DNA from: Welwitschia mirabilis
Lineage: Eukaryota
Length of the DNA: 64,000 bases
Assembly: GCA_051453625.1 (NCBI GenBank)
Contig: JBOZIK010000001.1
Coordinates: 27,397,063-27,461,062 of the forward strand
Direction of reading: 5' to 3'
Shown: one piece after another, positions 13,031 through 25,439 of the stretch
Numbering within the stretch: the stretch's first letter is position 1
Layout: each line of letters opens with the position of its first letter
Position numbers and translations under genes: made by a program
Notes under the pieces: model-generated
Databases searched by the model: none
Told to the model about the DNA's origin: nothing
The model's input: the letters and a program-made list of their open reading frames with translations, nothing else

Positions 13031-14959
13031 TTGCTAAATATGTAATATTAAATTATATTTTAAAAATAATAGAAGACATATTTTATGATTAAAATAATTA
13101 AATTATTATCTTCATTTACAATAAATTAGACTAAAATACTTGATATAAATTTTAATTCTTACATGTTAATGCACTCTCTAACTAGTCTTTTGATAGAGGA
13201 AAAAGTCAATAATCAAATGGTTAAACATGAAAAAACTATTTATGTCAAAAGCATTCAAGTGTGAATAATATAACTTAAAAAAATTTATAACCACTTTTAC
13301 GTAATTAAGAAATCAAATCAAAAAATTAGTGAAAATCGAGTATAGATCAAGATGTCATACCCCCTAACCAAAATTAAACTCTATTTTTAAAGTTTATAGA
13401 AAATAAAAAAATTATATAAGGAGTTAGAGAATAAGTTAATTAAATGGATAGTAAATGATGATGAATTTATTTAGGGAAAATAATGTAAAAAGCTTTAAAC
13501 TTGAATGTAATGTTTAAGGAACATAAAACATAAAACCTAACAAAAAGTTTATTATCTACAAATTCAAAAGATAAAATACATAGGTTAATGATCATGTTTA
13601 TTGATAATTGCTCAAATTTTATTTTTAAATTTAAAAAAATTAATAATATCAAAACAAATAAGATATCCTTTAAGTAAACCTATAAGTTATCAAAAATTAG
13701 TTAAGCAAAATTCTCAAGTACATAAGTTAAGGAATGTAAACATAAAAAGCATCTTCCAGTTCCACCTTTTTCATTCTAATTTTACCTTTTCTACAATCAT
13801 GCTTTTTTTTTTGTTTTAAGAATTTTGATTAAATTTTCTATTTGGTGTTATGACATATCCATCTAATACAGTTAAACATCTTGATTTATAAAGGAGTCAG
13901 TTCTACATTGGCAACAATCATTTATAGCCCTATTATAGTTAAGCATGTCATAAGTTAAAGCATTAGAGTTGCACTACCCATGAGCACCATAGACGTGATG
14001 TAGTTAACTAAATCCAATTTTAATTAATCCTAAAATAATATGCTTTTAAAGAGATGACATTTCTATTTTCTTTTTTAGTCAACCTTTTCATATTTAATAC
14101 ATGTTTATGAACACATAAGGGTCATTGAATCATTATCATAATCAAGATAATTCTTGTGCCCTTAAAAAATCTTAAAGATAATTCATGTAACATGAACATA
14201 TATTCTATCTTAATTCAACCATATTTTCCAATTAAAACATCTTAAGTGAAACTAAACCTTAATATGTTAACTTAAAAATAAGAAAACATCTTCTTGAATA
14301 ACTACATGTAAACTTAAATTTTATCTAATTCATAACAATAATGCAATCAATTATCAAAGATTTATTCATTTAGAGGGCATTAACTAGGATCATCTAATCT
14401 AATGAATTCATGGATAAATGGACCAAAATGGTGGTCGCTAGACTTAAGGAGGTGAAGTAATGAAAATGGAAGGGATATAAGGTGAACTCAAAGGAAATGA
14501 TGATTTATCTGATGATGGGGGTGAAATTTTGGGTTTCTTACTTGAAAATTTTTAAGATAGTGATTATACAAGTGGAAGTGCTTAGATGGTTTGAGGTGTA
14601 AAAGTGTGTTAAGCATACAATGTTTAAGCATGTTTAACTTTTTTAAACCAAAATCTATTCTAAAATGAAATCCTATTTTAAAGGAAAAACCTAATATAAA
14701 TGCATGTAAAGAAATAAAAACATATGTAAGGCCTTTCTTAAGGTGTTGTAAATTTAAAGGTTCAAAATAATGAATGCCACATTCAAATGATAAATATAAA
14801 TTATAAAATGCATTAAAAAGGAAGACTGAATCCCTAAACCTTTATACATAAAGTAATAAAAATTAAAAGACATTAATACAATAATAAAATTATTTTTTTT
14901 GAAATCAAAAATTTACCAATCCTTAGCCTATTCATAGTTACTCAACAACTCACATAATA

Positions 14960-16330
14960 TGTAATTATTTGGGCAAAGGCAAAGGTGAGGTAAAAACTAT
15001 TAAAGATGGATGATCATCAAAAGAAGTATTAAATGATGGTTTTAAAGGTGTAGGTTTGTCTTCATCCTTAAGATTTAAGTTCTTCTTAAAAGGTATAGAT
15101 TAAAATGTTATTATTGATTTAAATTTTTATTAAGAAATAGATTTTTTAAAGGGTGCATCTTCAAATGGCTCTTGATTAATGTTTGCTTCTTTATTAAGAT
15201 TACTAAGAGATTCTTTCTCATAAGGTTGAACTTGTTACATTGGTTGAGTTCAAGGATAGGTTCAATTTCATTTTTATCCATGTTGTTCATTGATTTGTCC
15301 TTTATTATGTAGCATTTAAATTTTACTTTTCCCTCAAATGGTTGCTTAGTTACTATGGATTGATCATTTTTATCTGAAGTGTCTAATCCTACTTCAAAGT
15401 ATACTCTACATTCATGTAATCATTTACTCTATAAGTAATGTCTAAATTGAAGTCCCTCTTGAATTTCATTATTGATTTCTTATAGTTTTCTTTTTAATTC
15501 CTAAAGAATAAGGTTTTGATATTGTCACTTATAGTTTTATTAATCCTTTAATGTTTTCTAAGCTTGTAGACTCATGAAATGTAGGAATATTTTATTCTTC
15601 TATAGTTTTGAAGATTCTAGTAATGACTTAGATTAACTCTTAGATATCTTACTCAAACTATTGAATATCTTGCTTAAGTATTTGATTTATTTTCTTAACC
15701 TTTCATTTATTTGTATTTGTTCTTTCATGAACCTTGTAAGGGTTTCTTTCAAGAAATTTAAATAGGTTTATTGATTTTTGGAAAATGAACAATATCAAAA
15801 GGGAGATGAAGGGTAAGGATCAAAGGATAATGAATATGAAGTTGAACGAAAAGGGTTATGAGGGATGAAGGAAGAAGTGAGATCAAACTCTCTTGGTTTA
15901 TCATAGAGATTTTCAACTTTAAATTTGTAAGAAGTTTGATTTATGTATGAAGAAGGTTGAGATTACTCTTCAAAGGTTTATCTATTATTGAAAGGATCTA
16001 GAAACTATGATTGGTATGAGTTACATTAATGATAATCCCTTAGCTTTCACTTTGGTCTAATAAAATTTCTTATGATTACTTGATTATCATTCTAAAAACT
16101 ATAGGGATAGAAGAAGTTGAATATTAGAAGCTATTTACAACATATTTGAGGCCCAATTTATGGTTTAAGTCCTAGAAAATAGTTTACAATTTTATCTAAA
16201 GATTCATGTTTTCTAGGTTTTTCATAGTTTTGGAAGAGGCATAAAAGTTTCAATGGACTAGATAGGTCATATAATGGTTTGGTTAAAGTTTTAAATGCTT
16301 TGAAGTAGATATGTCAGTGACACTAGTTAA
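14960..16330 (-). pseudogene. Highly decayed retroelement-like coding remnant (gag-proximal, low complexity)
   Basis: Minus-strand coding-like composition (Q/P/S-rich then coiled-coil-like) resembling Athila gag C-terminal regions; no diagnostic motif recovered. Confidence 0.25.
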
Positions 16331-16550
16331 GAAAGATAGCAGTGCAAGTCTAATTAAGCAAAGAGGATTAGAAAAATAAAATGTTAGTTTTAGTATAACA
16401 CAAAATGGTTTTAATTAGAGAATATAAGAAAATATAACAAAAAATTGAAAACATCGAAAACTTAAATTTTTACAACCTAGGAAAATAAACCTAAAATATT
16501 TTTTTAATTCCTAATAGAAATAAAAACTAGCAAAAATCGATACTTTATAA

Positions 16551-19205
16551 TCAAGTTTTGCAATGATCTAAGCCGTTATGCATAAATCCAATTAATATGG
16601 AACTTAGAATCCTTGGTAAGATCCAAGGCATACCAGTCTATTAATTTTAGAATAAGTAATTTTGTTTTGTGGAGAAAATCAAGTTTTACTTGTAGATACT
16701 CCCATTTTATAGTTTCTAATTCCATCATAACATTTGCGGCTATATAAACATGCACTGTAACGCAAATGTTACTAATGACTTAAGACACTCTAGTCCATAT
16801 ACACTTCAAATTATTGTTTTTATGTCTATTTTATCACTTTTTAGAAAAACATATTTAAAATGATATGGCAATCATAGTATAAAATGTTTAATAGCTAATG
16901 CATTGAGAAGGTATTCATCCAAATTGATTATGATGTTTCACATAATAACAACATTTATATGATGATTGGTTTAAATACCTTATTCAATGTGAGCATTTAC
17001 CATGTAAGCATTATATACATTAATCCAAAATACTAACTTTTATTAAGATTCATGAGTTTTAAATTCATAGCGTTCAATTTTTTAATATGAAATATTAATC
17101 TCTTTATTAGATAATAGGAATTTTGATCTCAATCATGTTGATTAAATAAGATCTTATATTATGAATATACTTATAAGAACTAACATATTTAGGATTAGAA
17201 TTAAGACATATTACTTATAAGTCTTGTGAGTCATCTATATTTTTAATGTTATCTCATGGCTAGCATGTCCTTTTTTATCAAAATATCTAGTGAGTAGTTG
17301 TAGGAATGAAGTCAAAGTTGCATTGTGCTCCAAAATAAGGCTTTACTTATTTAGCTTCAAAAAATATATGTGATAAGAATTTTACTATTTCTTTAGGAAG
17401 TTTTTTGGCATTCATAGCAGTTAAGCAATATGACAATCTTTTACAAGATGAATGAGGCTCTATCAGTGCAAATCTAGTGAACAAAGGACTTTTAATTCTT
17501 ACCAAAATCCAAGGCATATTAATCTAGTAATTTTGGAATAAGTAATTTCTTTTTGGAAAGAATACCAAGTGATAATTATAAATACTCTTATTTTATAGTC
17601 TCTAATACCATCTTGACATTGGCTACTATACAAACATGCACTTAATGCAAATGTTACTAATGGTTCAGGACATTAAAAGTGCATACATGCTCCAAATTGT
17701 TATTTCTATGTCCCTTTTATCACTTTTCAAAGAATCATCTTTAAAATGATATGACACTTATAGTATGAAATGTTTAATATATAATGCATTGAGAAGGTAT
17801 CCACCCACATTAATTATAACCTTTAACATAAAGGTAATCATCATATGATGATTAGATGAAATCCATTACTTAATGAGAGCATTTATAATGTAAGCATTAT
17901 ATACATTAATCCAAAATACTAACTTATGTTGAAGATTCATGCCTCTTAAATTCATAGTATTTAATTTTTCAATAAGACCTCTTGTTAGATAATAGAAATT
18001 TTGAATCTAAGTTATCTTAATGAGATTGACTCTTATATTATGAAGATACTTATGAGGACCAACATATTTAGAATCATAATTGAGATAGATTTCTTATGAA
18101 TCTTATGAGTCATCTAGATTTTAAATATTACCTCCATGATTGGGAGTGCCTTTTGTGTCCAAATCTCCATTGAGCAATGGTAGGTATGAAGCTATATTAT
18201 GTTCTAAAATAAGGTTTTGCTTCTTTAGATTTAAAAGAGATATACAGTAATCATTTTACTATTTCTTTAAAAAATTTTCTAGAATCCATAGTAGTTGAGT
18301 AATATGACAATCTCTTACAAGGATAATAAGACTCTATCATCAATTTTTGCAATGATCTAAGTAGTTGAGCATAAATCTAGTTAACAATAAACTTTGAGTC
18401 CTTAGCAAAATCCAAGGCATACTAATTTAATAATCTTAGAATAAGAAATTTCTTTTTGAGAGGAATACTAAGTGCTACATGTATATGCTCCCATTTTGTA
18501 GTTTCTAATTTCATCATGACATTGGTTATTGTACAAACATGCATAAAAATGCAAATGTTACTAATGGCTTAAGACACTCTAATCCATACACACTTCAAAT
18601 TATTGTTTTTTAATCCATTTTACCACTTTTAACAAAAGTAACTTTAAAATGGTAAGGTATTCATAGTATGAAATGTTAAATAGCTAATGCATTAAGAAGG
18701 TGTCCACCCATATTAATTACAATCTTTCACATAAAGGCAATCATCATATGATGATTGATTGGAATCCCTTACTCAGTAAGAGCATTTACTATGTAAGAAT
18801 CATATACATTATTCCAAAATGCTAACTTCTACTAAAGATTCATCCCACTTAAAGTCATAGTACTTAATTTTTTAATAAGAAATCTTAATATTATTATTAT
18901 ACTAGAGGATTTTTGAATTTGAGTCATGTTGATGAAACTAGCTCTTATATTATGAATATACTTATAAGGATTAACATATTTAGGATCATAATTGAGACAA
19001 ATTTTTTATAAATCTTGTGAGTCATCTATGGAATGTCACCTCCATGGATGGAAGTACCTTTTATATCCTAATATCTAGTGAGTAGTGATAGGAATGAAGT
19101 AAAATCTACATTACACTCTAAAATAAGGTTTTGCTTCTTTATATTCAAAAATGACATGTAGTAAGCATTTTACTATTTCTCCAAAATGTTTGCTAGCATT
19201 CATAC
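16551..19205 (-). repeat. Three diverged tandem copies of a ~0.9-kb unit (~16551-17415, ~17415-18290, ~18290-19205)
   Basis: Anchors recur with ~890-bp spacing: atccaaggcat at ~16621, ~17507 and ~18410; gcaaatgttactaatg at ~16762, ~17647 and ~18551. Confidence 0.95.
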
Positions 19206-19835
19206 TTTTCAATTCCTCTAATGAAGTGAAACTTTTCATGTAATTTAAAGTATAATTACTAGTTATAGGATCATGTTCTACATGTGCTTTCAATAATTAT
19301 TGTGTCCTTATTTCCTTGTCTTCTACTGAATAAGGTAGTATTTTAGGTGTAATTCTTGGTTTTGAAACTCATAGAATTTAACATTTTTTTGATTCTATAT
19401 AATTGATTATCTTTGTCATGGTTAATATCAAATAAACATGGATTCTTTTATGATACTTTTCATTATTTTATGTTATCTTTTATAAATCTCATGCTAAGGG
19501 GATTATTTAATTTCATGGTTTTAGTTATAGAGGTATAATTACTAGTTTTACAATAAAAAATAGGTATTACTTTTTTTTTTTGTACTTATCCCTAACACTT
19601 GTGAAATAACATCAATGGAGTACTTCATTATAGTGAAAAGTAGATTTATTATACCAAAATATCTCTTGTTATGCCCTCATGAACTAGGTAGCTCTAACTT
19701 ATTAGTGGAAAATTAGTCAATATTATTAATAGAATATAGTTGTCTTTTCAATGATGAAATGCAGAGAGCTTCCTAATACAACCCTTGAACAATTCATTCT
19801 TCCAATCAAATAACTTCCTCATTCAACATAACTTC
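16551..19835 (-). pseudogene. Intron-less MIP1-leucine-zipper/DUF547-family pseudogene with the DUF547 domain present three times
   Basis: Manual translation: EVMLNEEVI*LEE*IVQGLY*EALCISS (zipper; cf. EVAVLEEEVVRLEEQVV..QGLYQEA..ISS). Then EIVKCLL...PYKYIHNIRAS...RFLIKKLSTMTLSGMNL**KLAFWNNVY...INMGGHLLNALAI*HFIL*IPYH...YGLECLKPLVTFA...RLLN*YALDFAKDS, matching the plant DUF547 motifs [37 protein letters not shown] and LLDWYLLDFAKD. Confidence 0.85.
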
Positions 19836-20400
<565 letters not shown>

Positions 20401-20924
20401 TCACTTATGTGTCCATCCATGTCATTTGTAAAGAGATTACAAACAAAAGAAGAAGAAAAATAATGGTTTTTTTACATTCTCTTATTTTGGGTACCATGAA
20501 ATTGTTTAATAAGAAGAACATTGCTATGTATGTTGATATTACTAGTATGTTCTTCACAAAGGAGGTAATAACCACCATGAACTACTACAATGTCCTAGAA
20601 TCTTTGAATGCTTTTTTATAAAAGCCATGAAGAGATAATATGGAAGTATTATCAATTAGATAATAAAGAAGGCCATAACACTTTAACCAATTAGCCTATC
20701 AATTAAAGAATTCTTTCTTAGCCATTATAGACTCATGTATTTAGATAGAGATTAAGGTTTGATCAAACATCTACTTCAAATCTATTTGGATCATCTTCAT
20801 TGGTTAACCTATTTGATGCTAAACCTACACAATTTGATAACATGGCTTCATATGGTTTGGTTCATCTTGACATGGAAAGCATATTTTTATCTAGTATATT
20901 ATCTAAGAAAAATCTTGTGGTAAA

Positions 20925-21401
20925 TTCCTTTTCGTTTTATGTGTAATTCCCATATTGTAAAATGCCTGAGCACATATGAGTTTTTGGATTTATACCTTTT
21001 CATAGTAGCTAAGAATCAAATCATATTATATACTACAAAATTNNNNNNNNNNNNNNNNNNNNNNNNNNNNNNNNNNNNNNNNNNNNNNNNNNNNNNNNNN
21101 NNNNNNNNNNNNNNNNNNNNNNNNNNNNNNNNNNNNNNNNNNTAAGTTCTTTATGGCATTCTTCCTTTCTGTCTTTTTTAGATAATCCTAAGTTTATCTG
21201 CTATGCTTTTTTCTTACAAAATTGCATTACAATACCTTAGTTTATACAACTCTAAATTTTCTTAAAACACCTATAATTAATATCACCCTTCTCTTATAAA
21301 TTAAATCTATATTAGAATAATTGATAAGAATAATCACATTTTGTTAGATAACATCCTAGATAAATTTTGAACTCATAATCAGTGATTGAGCATCATCACT
21401 A
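20925..21401 (-). pseudogene. TPR-repeat fragment resembling SPINDLY/OGT-type TPRs
   Basis: 20925-21042 reads YDLILSYYEKV*IQKLICAQAFYNMGITHKTKRNL (cf. SPY YDTALSCYEKAALERPMYAEAYCNMGVIYKNRGDL). Weaker matches lie across the gap (L*VQNLSR, IADKLRII) at roughly SPY-like spacing. Confidence 0.45.
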
Positions 21402-24400
21402 NNNNNNNNNNNNNNNNNNNNNNNNNNNNNNNNNNNNNNNNNNNNNNNNNNNNNNNNNNNNNNNNNNNNNNNNNNNNNNNNNNNNNNNNNNNNNNNNNNN
21501 NNNNNNNNNNNNNNNNNNNNNNNNNNNNNNNNNNNNNNNNNNNNNNNNNNNNNNNNNNNNNNNNNNNNNNNNNNNNNNNNNNNNNNNNNNNNNNNNNNNN
21601 NNNNNNNNNNNNNNNNNNNNNNNNNNNNNNNNNNNNNNNNNNNNNNNNNNNNNNNNNNNNNNNNNNNNNNNNNNNNNNNNNNNNNNNNNNNNNNNNNNNN
21701 NNNNNNNNNNNNNNNNNNNNNNNNNNAGTTAGGTACTTTAACACTGTATTAGTATTAGACTACTTAATATTTATTCTACATTCTTATAATTGTTAATGTT
21801 CCTCTACAATAATTTAGCTAGTGTTAAAAATATTATAGGAATACATCAAATGATATCATTACTATAGGATCGAGAACCCTAGAGAGGGGGGAAATAGGTT
21901 TGTAAAAACTTTAAACAATTATTATTACCTAACAAAGAAATTATGACATAAAAACATATGACACAATAAACTAAAAAGTAGAATCATAGAAATATATAAG
22001 ACAATATTTATAATGGTTCGGGATATACCATACTCCACTCTTGAAAGACAGTCAATAATCAACACTATTCTAGATTATTATGATATGAATTTATGCAATC
22101 TTGAAGTCCTTTAGGTATACCTGTAATCAAATTACTTATAGAAAAATACACTCTAGTATAGACAAGAGTTCACCCAAACGTCATAACCCTAATGAAGGCA
22201 CTAGGCTTAGAGTTAAGAATTGCTTTTCAAAGGTATTTTTAGTCTTTTATCTCTTAATAACTAAAAGTAAATAACAAAGTAAAATGCAATGCAAAGTGGA
22301 TAGAGAGCAAATGAAAATGGAAGTGGAATGAATACTATTAAATCCTAATTCTTCTATTATAAGAATTATCTTCTTCTCTATAATTTAAATTAATTAAGAA
22401 GAGTACTTTACTTATTCCCAATCAATGTAAACTATGAGATATACCAAATAAAATATGGAATGGAATGTGAAATGAAAATAAAATAAATGATGTAAATCTA
22501 AACTAATTGAATCAACCTTAACACAGGTTGCTCTTAAGATCTAAATAAATTATAGAATCATCATTTAAAATATAACCGACTTAAACCATAAGAAACATAT
22601 ATAAAATTAGAATGAAAAGAGTAATTGTATTGATTCATAGAACTTTACATCTACTTACAACAAAGTAGTAATAACTCAATAGAGGATACTTAGCCCAACA
22701 CCAAGGAAAATCCTCTCTACAGCTACTAGATGGACATCTTGTCATTTAATCCTCCATCACAATCATATTGGGTATAAAAGATGAAAACAAAAGTGAAGAA
22801 GGGGAATATTATTTATAGTTTTACATTAAAGTTTTAGAATCTTAACTATAGAAGTCAGAAAAGAAATCCTAATAGCCTAAATGGATCACATTACATCATT
22901 ACAAAGATAATTGCTTTTTGTCATAGAAAATAGCTTTGTCTTATTTGTCATAAGGATGACATAGGAGATGACACTCTACATNNNNNNNNNNATGGTGGTC
23001 CATTAGCTTTAAGAGTCGCTGTCAACCCTACATCTTCTCTTAAAGTCAACAATGCTATCATCCTAACTGTTGTGAGGACAACAGAAGGGATAATAGGATT
23101 TTTCATCTTCAATCTCAATAAGGAATCAATCTTATGCATAGTAAATCCTTCCTCTAGAGAATAATGTATTAGAATAGGCTTGAGATTCCTCTAAATATGC
23201 TAAGAATTACATGGTTCAATCATCAACCTATCATGTCTTCTTAATTATTAGTATTACATCCAAACCTATACAAACGTCCTACAAAAGCACTTAAAATATA
23301 TCATCAAATTCCTATAAACTAGCATCATAGCATAGCCCCCTACTTAGCCTTGTCAGTCCCCGACAAAGTGAGAAATAAACTATATTGTAAGCCAATTTGA
23401 CTAAGATAATACACCACTAGAAAGATGCAAATTGAGTTAATTTAATCATGTAGGAATAGATATTAAAAACAAATTATCTAATACAAATACTAAAAATATC
23501 TCAAAGCCCCCTACTTAACCATGTCACCATAGAATAAATAAATGTCATACACATATAAAAATTATAAAATCTAACATTGATAGCTTAGGAAATGATAATG
23601 TATATGAATAATATAAAATAGTGATAATGGACTAATGTGACAAGCTTAAGTAGTGGTATTCTCAAAAGAGTAATGCATTTAAGTTCATTGGTATAATCCA
23701 TAAGGGCAAAGCACAATAGTAGATATAACATTCTTTTAAGATGATCTAAAACATAGCTATAAGAAAACTTTGTGAGTTTGCTACTATACATTTACAAGAT
23801 CAACTCCATGAATTTTATTTAATAAACATAAAATCTAATATAATCAACCCATCATATATATATAATGTGAAGGCTCAAAATGTGATCCTTTTAAATATTT
23901 CTGCTAAATATCACAGAAATATGTTCAGAAAGGAGTTCTATCCCTCTCCTCCACCCAACAGATAAAACAAGCCATCCTAGATTGATGAAAAGGATGGCTA
24001 TCATTCCATCTATCATGAGGATGACAAACATGGGACGATAGTGGCAAAAGAAGTTGTTTAGAGAGAAAAAAATAGAAAAATATTGAAAGTAAACAAACAA
24101 ATAAAAAACAACAAAAAAAATAAAAAAAAGGTGGAAAGCAAAGAAATAGCCTAAAAAAATGCCCATGATGGAGAGGGACTCATGGAAGAAAGTGTGATAA
24201 TAGAAGAAAATGTACTAAATAGAAAGAAGTAATGCTTTAAAGACTTTGCAAATGTGCCCAAAATTATGAAAAAGAAGAACTAGAACTCATTTAGTCACAG
24301 GAACCTATCAAAAAGAGAATAACAGTCCTCTATGAAACACATCAACAAGAAACTATGAAATGATTATATCCACAATACTATCCTAAAAGAGTATAGGAAA

Positions 24401-25439
24401 TGACTTTAAAAAATCCAATAAAATAACAAAATAAAAATGGATGCCTAGGAACATTAAAAAAACTGCTTACTTAACCTAAATTCTAACCTACAAATTTCCT
24501 TAGTAATCATCATAAATTACTTAGTGAAAGATTCATAACAATATATAAAACATTATAAAGTACCACTCAAATAGATAATGATAATGATAATGTCAAGTAT
24601 GTCTAATGTTATCAAATAATGAATGATAAGATACAAACCAGTTAAAACATGAACCTATAAGCTACCATATCAAAATAGCACTAGAATCCAAAAATGTAGA
24701 GTGAACATGTGAAAGTACTATAAATAAATAAAATGAGTTTAAAAATTAAGCAATGCCTCTGATGACACCAAGGACATTACTGATCCTGTAGCCTCAAAGT
24801 ACAATTTAATCTACCATGATCAGAGGAGTGTAACCACTGTCAGAGGAATAAGCACCTACACATCATAGCAAACAGACCACCCAGTGAAGTTCCTATAGCT
24901 ATCATATCACACTGTCAAAGGCCTCTCTTGGGAAACTTTGCCCCAATGTGCTTACGGTAGGACATCATGATGACAATGTTTTAAGAGCTAACATGAAAGG
25001 ACATGATTATTAATTCTTATCCTTTTCTCTCTTTTTTTTTTAAAGATGAAATTCCACATGACCAAGTAGTTTTAAGGATAAAAGCAAAGTAATGAGATAA
25101 GTAACAAAGTAAAAACATGAAAAAATAACTAATTACTCACACCATTAAAAGAGAATAAAAGAACTAAGGTATCTTCCTTCAAAATGAAGTTCATAAACAT
25201 ATGAATGTATGAAGATTAAATGAAGCCAATCTTGTTATTTAAAATACCGAAGTCAAATAGTACTAATCATGAAAACTTCATAAGTAAATACATATGTTAA
25301 GTTAAAGATATTTAAGTGATAACATAATGTTTACCTAATAAATAAGTTAAGAAGAAATTTAAACAATGACAAGAGGAAGGTTCTCCTCATTGAGAGGGGC
25401 TTTTTAAAAAAGTGCTTCTATCATATTTAAGGTTTTATT

